From NCBI GenBank assembly GCA_013239625.1, contig MU053379.1:3144866-3208865 (forward strand): a stretch of DNA of 64,000 nucleotides, written 5' to 3'. Under the pieces are notes generated by a model, which saw only the letters and a program-made list of their open reading frames with translations, was not told where the DNA came from and ran no database searches. Positions 1 to 11,395 of this stretch are shown here, in pieces. Position numbers and translations under genes: made by a program. Position 1 is the first letter of the stretch. The number at the start of each line of letters is the position of its first letter. This DNA comes from Lama guanicoe (taxonomy: Eukaryota).

Positions 1-286
1 GGCTCACGGTTCTCCCTCTGCCGCCCCCTCTGAAGCAATGAAGTCATGTGCGAAGCCTCCGGGTCTCCTCTCGGATCAACCCGCGTGCATTTGTTTTGTA
101 TCAGTGTCGTAAAGAAATAGGTGAAAACAGCCGATGGAATGGAATGGCTTCCATACAATTTTTCAAACCTGATTTTTCCCAGGGTATTAAGTAGCCTGCC
201 AATTACCAAGCTGCTTATTTCCTTATTTGGAATCATTTCTGTTGTGATTATGTGTTTGCGTACTTTCTGGGGTTAGGATATCTGGC

Positions 287-314
287 AAAAAAAAAAAAAA
301 GAGAGAGAGAGAGA
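287..314. repeat. poly(A) run followed by (GA)n microsatellite
   Basis: A14 then GAGAGA..., read directly. Confidence 0.9.
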
Positions 315-403
315 AAAGCCGACTTTGTTATCTGGTCAGTGTTTGGTCCTCAGGACAAAATAAGAGATTCAGTCATTTCAAATATCCCTCGTTTGTGTAC
401 TGC

Positions 404-569
404 CTCACTACTTAAAGTGTGATCCTCAGACCAGCAGTTTCAACATCCCCGTGATCTTGTTAGAAGGGCAGGATTTGGAGCAGATCCCCCTACCTGTCCT
501 GAGTCAGGATCTGCACTCGGATGAGCGTTCCGGAGGATTCCACCGTGCACTGAAGCTGGAGGAACACTG
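404..569 (+). mobile_element. MER5A-like hAT-Charlie MITE, decayed
   Basis: aaagtgtgatcctcagaccagcag...cttgttagaa...tgaagctggaggaacactg resembles the MER5A ends and core as I recall them. Confidence 0.65.
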
Positions 570-831
570 GCCGATAGGCTTTGTCCGATAGGCGGGTTTC
601 TTTGTCACAGATCGACTTTGCTTAGCGATCATGGCCGCACAGATCTGTGAGTCTCAACTTGCCTCATATCCTTGCCTCTCTCTCTCCACAGATGGATGGA
701 TGGATAGGCAGATGTAGGTATAGCTGTGTAGATACATTTTCGTGCTTCTTAATGCAACCATTCTGCTCAGCTCCACATCTTGTGCAAAAATACATAAAAA
801 TAAGCAGGAAAACCCGTGCTTTCTAACTTTG

Positions 832-948
832 GCAACAATCAGTCAGCAAGTTTTATTGAGCACCTATTGTGTGTCAGGCACTGTCCTTGGGGCTGAGGAC
901 ACATCAGTGGCTGAGACAAAGGCCTGCTGTCATGGAACTTAAGTTCCA
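832..948 (-). mobile_element. L2 LINE 3' end fragment
   Basis: tttattgagcacctattgtgtgtcaggcactgtccttggggctgaggacac...catggaactta is the typical antisense L2 tail. Confidence 0.75.
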
Positions 949-1191
949 GAAGATACAGACATTCAAACAAGCAAGTTACGAGGTCTAACACGGCCTCGGA
1001 TAGGAACCAAGACAAAACAGCCTGTAGAAATCAGACAAAGCGAGCCCTCGGGGAGGCTAAAGGAGGTGTCCGGGGGGACCTTCCCCAGCTGTCCACAGAG
1101 CCACCTGTCAGGTGAAGTAAGAGTACTGGACCAAGAAGCAAAGAATGAACTAAGAAACCGCAGAATTTTCAGCTTGCTCTGAGAGTTTTTA

Positions 1192-1335
1192 TTTGTTTTT
1201 TTAAAAAATTTTTTGTGTGGGGTGGTAATTAGGTTTATTTATTTATTTGTTTGTTTTAATGGAGGCAGTGGGGATTGAATCCAGGACCTCGTGCACTTTA
1301 GGCACATGCTCTACCACCGAGCTACGCCCTTCTCC
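1192..1335 (-). mobile_element. camelid tRNA-Ala-derived SINE (vic-1 type)
   Basis: Reverse complement has A box (tagctcggtggtag), B box (ggattcaatcc) and an A-rich tail with aaacctaattacc. Perfect 13-bp TSD ctgagagttttta at 1179-1191 and 1336-1348. Confidence 0.9.
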
Positions 1336-4300
1336 CTGAGAGTTTTTAAATTAGCAGATACCCTAGTTTAAATTTCTTCTGCAGGAAAACCAGGGAGGAA
1401 GTGAGGGATGGAGAGGAAGCAAAAACTCATTTCCTTGGGTTTCAGCTGAACATCCATCATCCTTCAGATCAGGAGGGGCTGGGAGGCAGGCAGAGGTGGT
1501 TCACCCCAAGAATGGCGTCTACATCAACGTCAACCCTTCCGAGGGGGTTCTTCACCTTCCAGGCCCAGGTGGCTCCCTACAGCTGTCCACCTAAGACATA
1601 TGGGGACAGAATTGTGGCATAATCCCCTTTGTGAAGAAAGGGCGGCTGTGGGTTCAAGCACCATGTTTAAAATAACGTCCTGTTGAATCCTCGTTCACCG
1701 TCCTCCAATTGAAAGAATTCCAGGAAATCAGCGTTAACAGCAGCAGACACGAGAACTGAGAGTCAGGGCAGCCGCTCCTACACATCCTGAGATTTTTTTT
1801 TTAATCCAACAAAAACTATGTTAGGAAAAAAGATTTCCTGCTGCAAAAATATCTGAGCCATAGTTTCTGGTTGATTATTATCATCATTTTGAACTAAAGG
1901 GGATAAAAGCCAAGTATTTGTTTGAAATAAAAGCAGGGGAATGTCCACCAGAGGCACGTGAATGGGCACATCTGAGTGACACGCGGAATCGCCACCACAT
2001 GAACGCAGTCAGTGTGCTGCCACCAGGGCGTCCTGCGGCTCTGAGCGGGGCAGCCTGCGTCTCCTCCTCTTCGTGGGCTCAGAAGATGACTTGTTCTTGC
2101 CTTGACCTCTGTCGCTTACCTTCTTGGAGGGAAAAACAAGAAAGGAAGTGTGCCTTTTCAGTTTCTCCGCGAGGTCATTTTAGTTCAGCACATGGGGACA
2201 TTCGTGGATTGAGATGGCCACCTGCCTTTGTGTGTGTGGCGCTGCCGTCTGGAGGTGTGCCCGTCTGTCTGCTTTGGGATGAAAGGCAGATACTCAAACC
2301 AGAGAGCACCACTGGCTGACTCTTCTTCCCTTCAGCAAACAATCACTAAGACAGTGGGCGCCTCCTGAGTAAGATGCTATGGGGGAGGGATGGAAACACA
2401 CAAAAATGTGACCCCCAACCTTGAAGGACACTCCCCTCTAGGGCAGGTACACGAGGACCACGAGAAGGGACCATGAGAAGGCACCACGGAGGAGGCTGGG
2501 GGCAGGCCTAGGAAAGTAATTCATGCTGAGCCCTGGGGGGGCTGCTTGGAGGAATGAGTACTCAGCCGGGTTTGAAGAGCCTCCCAGCTGGGAGGCATGC
2601 AGGTGCTCAGCCACAGGCCCTTAGGTACAACGCGGCGCCCACCAGCTGGCGGGACAGGGCTGCAGAGGGATAGGGGCGGGGAGTGGAAGTAACGAGACTC
2701 ATTTAGGGCGTAGGGGCCAGAGGGACAGGCTGTGGCCCGTCTGCCGAGCCTTGCGATCCCAGCCTGCAGAGGACTGGCGTTTCATGAGTTGACAATGAGG
2801 ATCTGTTGGAAGTTTTGAGCCGGGGTCCTGACTCAGTCACGGAGGGGCACTGCTAACTTACCCTGGTGGTTTTGTGCACGCACGTTGCCAGAGGGAAGGA
2901 CTGAGTTCAGTAGTCCATTAGGATGTGCTTTTAATAGATTGGGCTTAAAACCCACCCCTTCCTTCGCTTTCCCAGGAGATGGCAGTGGGAAGGGACAAAG
3001 GAAGTGGATGTGAGCGAAGCTGGGGTTGTCATCCTCAGGGCTCATGGGACGAAGGAGGCAAGAAGCTGATCAAACATGGTTTCCAGCCTTCTTGCTGGGA
3101 GGTGTGTCTGCCTCTGGCCACAATCAGAGCCGAGGGTAGAGCGTGTGCTCGGAACAGAAGGTAACGGGAGAGTTTTGACACGGTGTACTTAGCAGTCTAG
3201 TGGGATGTTTGTAAGGTTCATAAATCCTTCCACACGTGTATAAAGCATGTACGCATCAGCACACATGAATTTATGTGCATAAAGTATGCGTAATGTTCCT
3301 AAGTTTCTATGTTATAACTACTGGTTTACAAGGGGTGCTTGTTAATAGAAGCCAGAGCAACTTGACTCTTTAGAGCGTACAGAGTCCTGCTTCGGAGGGC
3401 TGGAAAGACCTTCAAACTGGCCATCTTTTGTTTCTCTTTCTGTTTTTCTCCCAGTTTGGTTAGAAGGTGCACGAGCCTGGTGGCCATCTAGCATTTCCTC
3501 TGGGTGCAGATAACTGGACCTTGGGTGCCCAGAGCACACTTACTGACTCAAGCTGTTTTGGAGCATCGCTGGAGTGGGAAGCAGAGTAAGAGAGAGGGCT
3601 GCTCCTTCTAGGAAGTTCTGAGCGTTGCAGGACGTCGTGCTGAGGCTGTCATCTCTGCCAGGAGGCCCCGCCCCCAGCCCCTTCCCGCCCAGTGAAGCTC
3701 TGGAAGCAGGTCGCGATCTTGTCTCGCGTCTACCCTGGTGGTGTTGGGAGCAGGCCAGCTGGAGAAGCCCAGATCACCCTCTTCCTGTTGTCTCTGGTCG
3801 TGTCCCAGAGACTCTCAACAACTCCAGGGAACCCGAATGAGTTTCATGTGATGTAACAGGGTGCACCTTGACTTGCACAAGGTTACTGGGGGTGCAGATG
3901 ACTCACAGCTGCCATGATGCACAGGAGGTGAACCCAGAGACCTCCCCCACCAAGGCTGACACGACATTTAAATGACAAAAGAGCCCCAGGGAAACACATT
4001 TAAAAGACCCTCCAATATGGCAGGAACACGAGGGTATAAAGGGGGTTGGGATGCGTTTAGAGCGTGTCTTGAAATTGTGAGCGTTCTGCGTGTGCGGTGC
4101 GGGGTGAGTGGAGTCAGACGAGGAGACGTCTCAGCCACGCAGAGCCGGCCTGTGTGCCGGGCGCGGGCCCGTGCTGGCTTCCAGCCTCGGAGCTCGTCGA
4201 GTCCTTGCTGTTCGTTCTCTGAACGGCGATTCTCCTCTCCCTGTGGACCAGGACCAGAAAGATGCCGGCTGCTTGGTAACTTGAGAGGCCTGCTCCTAAA

Positions 4301-4759
4301 ATCTTGGCAAGCGACAATGAGCAGCCAAAACCTATTTCTTGGAGCTGTGGCCCTTGCCAGGGAAGTTTCTGGAACCCCAGTTCTCCCCGCACTTTCCAAC
4401 ACGTGGCCAGAGAGTGTCTCCACTCTGCCCACCACCAAGTTCTCCCGGTTAAAGCGCGGTGCCCGCCGTCCCCCCCACGCCTGCTCTGGCCCCGCTGGGC
4501 GGGGTCTGCGGGTGGTCATTTTGTTGCCATTGAAGCCGCGAGCGCGGGGAGGCTGGCTGCTGTCACCAGTGTTCCTGCCAGCAGGGGTCTTTCCTGAAAG
4601 GGCTGTGCTCTTTCTCTTGGCACTGCCCCCCAGGAAAATTCATCATCCGGTAACCACATCTAAAGCACAAATATTTGGGAAAAAAAAAGACTAAACAGGC
4701 TCATTAAATTTGTTCTTATTGCTATCTAGTCAGTTTACCATCTTGTATCAATGTCTCCA

Positions 4760-4962
4760 TCTACACACACATATTCCTTTTCATATTTTCATTTTCATTA
4801 TAAGTTACTACAAGATACTGAATATTGTTCCCCATGCTACAAAGAATAAATTTGTTGTTTCTCTATTTTATATATAGTAGTTAGTATCTGCAAATTTCAA
4901 ATTCCCAATTTATCCCTTCTCACCCCCTTTCCCCTGGTAACCATAATTTTGTTTTCTTTGAG
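4760..4962 (-). mobile_element. L1 3' UTR fragment (cetartiodactyl type)
   Basis: ttactacaagatactgaatattgttccccatgcta...cccaatttatccc...cctggtaaccata is the reverse complement of the L1 tails at 8.7 and 18.4 kb. Confidence 0.85.
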
Positions 4963-5936
4963 ATTCATTAAATTATAATATGATAAAATCATCGACCAAA
5001 TAGAAAAGTCATATAATAAAGCCAGAAAAAAGTTGTGAAATATAGTTTACAATAATTATCTGCATTCAAGGCTGTACATCAGTACATACAACAACATGGC
5101 CCCAACATGAATTCAATTCAAATAATTCATATATTAGATTTTAAATAATGCAGACTGAGCTTGGGGCCAACAACAGCCAGCAAGGAACCTCATATAAGAA
5201 TAAAAATGCAAACGTGTGTATCATGTCATTGCATTATTTGTTTTCATAAGTTCTTTTTTTTAACTTTCACTTTGCCTGCACATCGTGTTCATGGCTACAG
5301 ACCAGGTAGAGGAGCCACCATGCCACCTTCTGAGTTATTACCTCACTTGTTCATTCAGAATCACCACTCCTGTGTGCTACGCGCTGGGGTACAGGGACTG
5401 CTTCTGACTCTGACTCTCGCCGCCCCCGTCACGGAGCTGAGACTCTGATGTCAGATGTACTCCTGAAATAAGCAATGTGATCCAAGGAGGCTCTGGGGAC
5501 TTGAGGCTGGTAAGGGGCCCTGTACACGGGGGTGAAGATTTCAGTCTTTATTCTAAAAGTGATGGGAATCTTTGAAAAGTTCTCCTCCAAAGGGTGAGAC
5601 CATCAGTCTGGGGTTTTCTGATGGACTCTCCGAGGGGACGTTTAAATGACCCCCAACTCAGAGAAAAACAGGTGGAAGTGGAGACAGCAGTAGGGGGGCT
5701 GGCATGGCGGTGCAGAAGGCAGAGGGCATCACAGACTGGGTGTGGCCGGAGGGGAGGCGAGGCCTTTCCTCCCTGTGGTGTATCAGGCACTGATGTCGGC
5801 CACGCACCAGACGCCAGATTGTTCTGCACCAATCCGAGGAGATTCTCCTACTGTTGTCACAATTTTGTTGTCTGAGGTCTCAGCCCCAAAGGGGCACTGA
5901 GGTCCACCACTAACATCTCATTTCAGTGTGTGCCTT

Positions 5937-5989
5937 CCCTGACCCTGACCAGCCCTAACCCTCAACCTCACCCTCACCCACCACCCTCC
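5937..5989. repeat. degenerate hexamer array resembling telomere variant repeats
   Basis: CCCTGA CCCTGA CCAG CCCTAA CCCTCA ACCTCA CCCTCA CCCACCA CCCTCC. Confidence 0.6.
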
Positions 5990-6391
5990 AGATGCTCCCA
6001 GAAAGCCTGGCATCCAGGCACGAGCCCAGTGTTGGCTACAGGTGGGATGTTCATACTTAGGGAATTGGCCAGTTACCAGAGAGTGGCTGTTAATGGAAAT
6101 GAGTCAAGTGTTGGAGGCCCAAGAAAATTCTGGAACCGTCATTTGGTCACATGTCCATTATGTCTCACTGGTCAGTTACACACATACATGTCAGTCCATG
6201 ACAAGCAGGGGTGGGCCGCAATTTCTGTGTAGAAGCAGACATCTGACTAGGGGTGGAGCGGTGGAGGTGGGGGCCTTGAAGGTACATCTGTGTGAACTTC
6301 AACTTTACAGAAGTTGGAGGAAATGCCAGCTGCTCACGTTTAAAAAAAAAAGAAAAGAGAAGCCGATGGAAATGCGGGGGCTGGACTAAAT

Positions 6392-6393
<2 letters not shown>

Positions 6394-6432
<39 letters not shown>
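6394..6432. repeat. (CA)n microsatellite
   Basis: About 19 perfect CA units. Confidence 0.97.
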
Positions 6433-6434
<2 letters not shown>

Positions 6435-6704
6435 CCAAGCGTCCTGCTGGGAACTCAGTTACCATAAACGTTAAAGTCGCACAATGAACGGTTGCTCTGA
6501 ATACATGGGCAAGTAGACTTCCTGAGACAGTCAATGGAAAGTCAGAAAGTCCCTAAAAATGCTTATTCCTACCTACCTGGGGGAGGGCCTAGGCCCCTTA
6601 GTGTTTAGATGGCAGCAGACATTTTCCTCGTCTTCATGTTCTCCTGCTTTTCTGCAGGACTGAGCACCTGTTGGCTCGACCTGGCTCCTCAACAGCTGTG
6701 ACCA

Positions 6705-6875
6705 TACACTGGGCCAGCAGGGGGCGCGCACGCGCAGCGTCGCCGCGGAGGCAGAAGCCCCGCCTGCAGCTCGGCCTCGGGCCGCGGGCCGCGCCGCCTC
6801 CGCAGGACGCGGCTCGGGAGAGAAGGCGGCGGGTCGGGCTGCCCCCGGCCGTGGGGAGATGTGCGGCATCCGGGA
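6705..6875. promoter_or_regulatory. small CpG island, candidate promoter/insulator
   Basis: Very high GC with many CpGs in non-repeat sequence. NRF1-like CGCGCACGCGCA at 6725-6736 and GC-box-like gccccgcc. Confidence 0.6.
6714..6727 (+). promoter_or_regulatory. CTCF core motif
   Basis: CCAGCAGGGGGCGC fully matches the CCASYAGRKGGCRS consensus. Confidence 0.65.
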
Positions 6876-8024
6876 AAGCAAGGCAAGTTCTTTTCACTGT
6901 TGGAACAGAAGGCAATTATATAGCATCTCTTAACTGCTTAACAAAGCCAGAAATCAACTAAAGCCTCCAGAACCGTTATTCTAAAAAGTGACCAGAGCAA
7001 TAACTTCAAAAAGAAAGACAGAAAAAAAAAAAGGCCAAACCAACAACAACAACAAACTGGCTATGGTTCCCAGCAGACTCCAACAGCACACCTTTGGGAG
7101 AAATGATAAAATAATCGTAAATACCAGATTCCTTTCTGGAAGCATGAGAAGGCACGGAAAGGCATGAAGGCAGCAACGACACTTAAGCAATAAACACATT
7201 CGAATAAACGTATCTGCTTCCGCACATGCTTCATTCCCCATTGGCATCTGAGCGTGGATCTTAATTCAAGAGGTTTAACCTACTCGGGGGAAAACAAATA
7301 AAAAAGAATGCAGCACGAGGCTTGAAGATCTTCACATTTATAGACTGGTGTGAACTCTCTCCCACACACACTGTAATCTGGGTGGCTGTCCTTCAGAACT
7401 ATTAAGGCGTCTTCATGGAGCCAGGGTGCTTCTCAGCAATACGAATGGTGCGCTCGACATCCCTGTAAGTGAGATAAATGACAGCAAACTTGTCTGAACA
7501 GATGCAGCTAATAACAGAGGCATGGACGCGTCCTACGGCGGGAACAGAAATGTTCAACAGCAGACGACAGGGCCCCTGGCGTCCTGACAGCGTGGTCCCT
7601 GAGGGACGATGCCCCAGCATCTCCAGCTCCAGTGTAGCCAGCTCCTTCAGAAGGTCAGAGTCACCTCCAGTGCAAGGGAAACCCCCTGGGGTTTCAGGGC
7701 TCCACTTCCGGAAAACGCCAAATGTCTAGTGGAGGAATAAAGAGAAAAAGCCCTTGAATTATGGGACCAGGAGGCTGCGTCTCTAACATCCACTCCGTTT
7801 CAAGGGAAATGACACAATTATATTTTAGCCTCGATTCTTACAGACTGAAGAAAATCTAAGACTAACAGAAGTGGCCCCAATGCTGCCCCGCCTAACCGGC
7901 CTGTGTGCCCATCTCCCTCCGCCCATGGGGGTGATGTTACGCAGCTGGCGGGACCAGTTCAGGCTTCACCCTGGCAAACTCCTACTCTAATGGTGACTTT
8001 GCCACCGCTGTTTTGGACAAGGCA

Positions 8025-8174
8025 GTAGCAGCTGGTCTCATGTAGCTACTGACATACAAACGAATTAAAAGTAAGAAAGCTACAAATGTGGCTGCTCAGC
8101 CCCCGTGGCTCCTGCACTGGGCAGGGCGGGCCAAGACATTTCCATCATCGCAGGAAGTTCCACCGGACAGGCTG
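8025..8174 (+). mobile_element. MER3/MER33-like hAT-Charlie MITE, decayed
   Basis: catgtagctactga..., terminus acatttccatcatcgcaggaagttccaccggacaggctg. Confidence 0.6.
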
Positions 8175-8661
8175 GGGGGGAGGTCTGGGAACCCAGGGGC
8201 AGAGTGATCGTCCCTGAGGTGGCGGTTCTTCCCCACGTCGGTGGGGCTTAGAGAGTAGGGCGTCGGGGAGAATCACCCGTGGTTACAGCTGAAGCTTGAT
8301 TAAGGGACAAACAGAAATGGGCATTATCAGGACACCTCTGCTGGCCTGCTCTCTTCCCAGATTGTTCAGTTGTTAACTCCCCAACTCTCTGAAACTCTAG
8401 CCAGTACTCCTCACACAGTCAGGGAAACGTGTGGAATCCTGCAGTCTTCTGTTCTCCTTTTCCTCCAGAACCGTAGCTGGAGGTCCATCTCCGACCGGAG
8501 TTGAGCATCTGCTGTGTCATTGGGAAAGACCCTTGAGCCTCCCAAGGGCCTGTTCGTCCACCGAGGAGGAGGCTGGGATGTTTCCTCTTCCCACCTTCTT
8601 CTCGTGACCAGAGCGGGAGGTGGGGGTGGAGCCGATGTCTGAGATCAGCCTTAAAGTCTTA

Positions 8662-8994
8662 AAAAGAAAAAAGAGAACACTAAGGAATTCATCTACAAAA
8701 CAGAAACAGGCTCGCAGACATAGTAAACGATCTTATGGTTAGCGAGGAAAGGGGTGGGAAGGGATAAATTTGGGAGTCTGAGATTTGCAAATGTTAGCCA
8801 CTATATATAAAAATAAATTAAACAAATTTCTTCTGTACAGCACAGGGAACCATATTCAATACCTTGTAATAACCTTTAATGAAAAAGAATATGAAAACGA
8901 ATATATGTTTGTACATGCATGGCTGGGACATTGTGCTGTAACCAGAAATTGACACATTGTAACTGACTATACTTAAAAAAAAAGAAAGAAAAGA
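8662..8994 (+). mobile_element. 5'-truncated young L1 3' UTR with A-rich tail
   Basis: catctacaaaacagaaacaggctcgcagacatag...gaaaaagaatatgaaaacgaatatatg...ccagaaattgacacattgtaactgac, near-identical to 18410-18710. Confidence 0.9.
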
Positions 8995-10429
8995 ATTGGG
9001 ATGTTTTTTGAGGAGAGAGGTGGAGGGTTGGGAGCTGGAAATGAAAGAAGAAATGCATTTGCTGTGGCTGTACTGTTCGATCCTGTATCCAGCAAGAGCT
9101 GGGCTCCGAGGTGAGTTTCGCCTAATTTCCTGAAGGTGGGGATGTTGGAGCTTGGATGGGCCCCGCGGCTGTGAGCAGGGGAGGCCCCGCCTTCCCACAA
9201 GTTCAGTCTCCAAGTAAAGAGAGAAGGGCCCTGTGCTGCTGGCTTGATCTTGAGATAGGAGTGGGTACCACTTAAAAACGTACCCATTCCAATTCGTAGA
9301 AAGAATAAACTGGATTCCAAAGCGATGTAGACGTTGCTCCCAGGCAAAGAGTTGTGAAGAAACTATTTGGCAAAAGTAGATTTTATAAACTATTCACACC
9401 CCTGAGACGTTGCATTGGAAAGTCACAAGTGATGTGTGCCCCACGCTTCCTTTGGCATCTGCTTAAATGATCCAGCTCTTCCAGCGTGTCCCAAGGACCC
9501 CAGTTCAGCTCTGTAATTCACCAACACGCCTTTATTGGAAGCCTGGTAGATGCAGACTGGAACCAGCCTTTCTCAGCGCAGGGCGTGCCTGGCTATACAA
9601 TTTCCGACAGCCTGAACTCCGGTTTTCCCAGCACTTAGAAAACTGGTCTCTGCCTCCTCTCCTTCCCCCCATGGGATCCTCCAGTTCCCAGTTCAAGAGC
9701 ACGGTGCCTGGCAACTGAGTATTTAAGGGGTGAATGAATTAGAAAATCACACCGGAAGCAAGCCGTCCGAGGTGAAGTTAAAATGCACGTAGCGTCTGCA
9801 GGCAGGACGTTGTGGGGGAAGAGCCTTACTGGTCGTGACTCCTTGCAGTTGGGGAGTGCTTGTCCCTTGGGCAAAACTCTTCCACACTTAACGTAATTTC
9901 ATTTGATTCGCTGTTAAACCTTGGATAACGTGATTAGCCTTTCTATGGCTTCATTTTTCATCCCTGGCAAAAAAAAAAAAGATAAAGAAAAACCAATGGA
10001 TATGTACGCAATGGATATGTCATTATCTTTTCATCAAGATGCTGTAAGAGTTATTATTGAGTAATTCCCCAGAATATTATTAGACGTCAGTCTGACTATG
10101 AAAGGAGCGCCATTACTTCTGAAGTCTTTAAAGCCTATTTGTTATGGTCGAAATGGGAGAAGCTGCCCCAATAAATTAGTACAATTCTAATATGCACGTC
10201 AAGTTACCGCCGATGGGGACTTGGCAGAACGTGCGACGGTTGGGCTTTAAAATCTTGCTGGGATGATTCTGGAAGGCAAGCCACATAGCAGATCTGCCTC
10301 TATCTCTCAGGCAGCTTACTCCCTCCACCTCCAGACCTCTGCCAGAGTGCTGTCCCAGGTAGGTGCACAGGAGTCTCATTCCTCAGGCCACGTACAAATT
10401 TCTTCAGGGCGGAGGTGACAGGTGGCCCA

Positions 10430-10625
10430 GGGGTCAAGGATGTGGATTCAGAGCACTTTCCAGCTGTGGGAGCTTGGAAATTCACTCACCTCTCTGACTC
10501 CAAACTTCCTGGTTTCTCAAATGGAGATGACTCTACCTTCTCCCAGAGGGAGGGGCGGGGTCAGACCCCTGTCTGTGCACAGCACAGCACGGTGCCTGGC
10601 CTGTCACAAACAGTCAGTGGTAACT
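10430..10625 (+). mobile_element. MIR SINE, decayed
   Basis: cagctgtgggagcttggaaattcactcacctctctgactcc...aaatggagatga...agcacggtgcctggc. Confidence 0.6.
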
Positions 10626-11395
10626 GAATTTCCTTTCTCACTCGTTCCTCCACGCCTGTAGAAACGTGAGGGACGCTGGAAAGTAACCACTGATGTTTAC
10701 TGATTTGGGGAGAATGGTCCTTAAATGGTGTTAACCATCCTGATCATTCCTTCTTAGGTCTTTGCGCCCATTTCTGTATGGGGGCCAGGACACAGGGAAA
10801 GGAAGGTGGTCGAAAGTCAGTGTATTAATGAAAACAAGTGGTTTTCTTGAGTCGGCCAGGAAGATTCTTGGCAAATTAAATATTAAACTTTGCTCTCTTA
10901 AAGTTGTTAACATCACAAAATCAAAATAAAGGCAACAGGGGTGGGGAGTGTGGGATGTTGACTCAAAACTCCTCAGTTTCACTGATTGGCCGCACGTAAC
11001 CAAGTCTGAGTTAATCAGCAGGAGTGATGTCCTGAATGCTTCAGCTCAGCAAGCAGGGTTGATTTTTAATATGAAAATCTTAGTCTAAATAATCTAGAAG
11101 AGAAATCTCTCTTGGGTGGCATCGTAGGGCAAGCACTTTGCCTCTTGGTGAGAATTCTAGGATTCCAAAACTAGATTTTCACCAGATGCTGGCATTTCTG
11201 TGAGAAAAGCCATGTACCAGCTCACGTGGGGTGAGGTGAGGGGGAGAGCAAGTGCCGCCGGAAGGTCCAGGCTTCTCCAGAATGTGTGCTTCTGCGCTGT
11301 CCAGGTCAGCCCTCTGGCAATGCAAGTCACTGTTTCTCTTCGAGGAGTTCTGCTGCTGCAGCTCTCACACCCCTCACAGCAGAAAACATTCTGAA

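Noticed and set aside
3972..4694. 240-aa plus-strand ORF
   Set aside because: Arg/Ser/Pro/Gly-rich with no domain, and overlapped by similar ORFs in other frames, as expected for GC-rich non-coding DNA
9994..10020. Short direct duplications (caatggatatgt x2; similar at 571-593, 2451-2492 and 47680-47708)
   Set aside because: Two or three units only, typical slippage; no repeat-spacer periodicity, so not CRISPR-like
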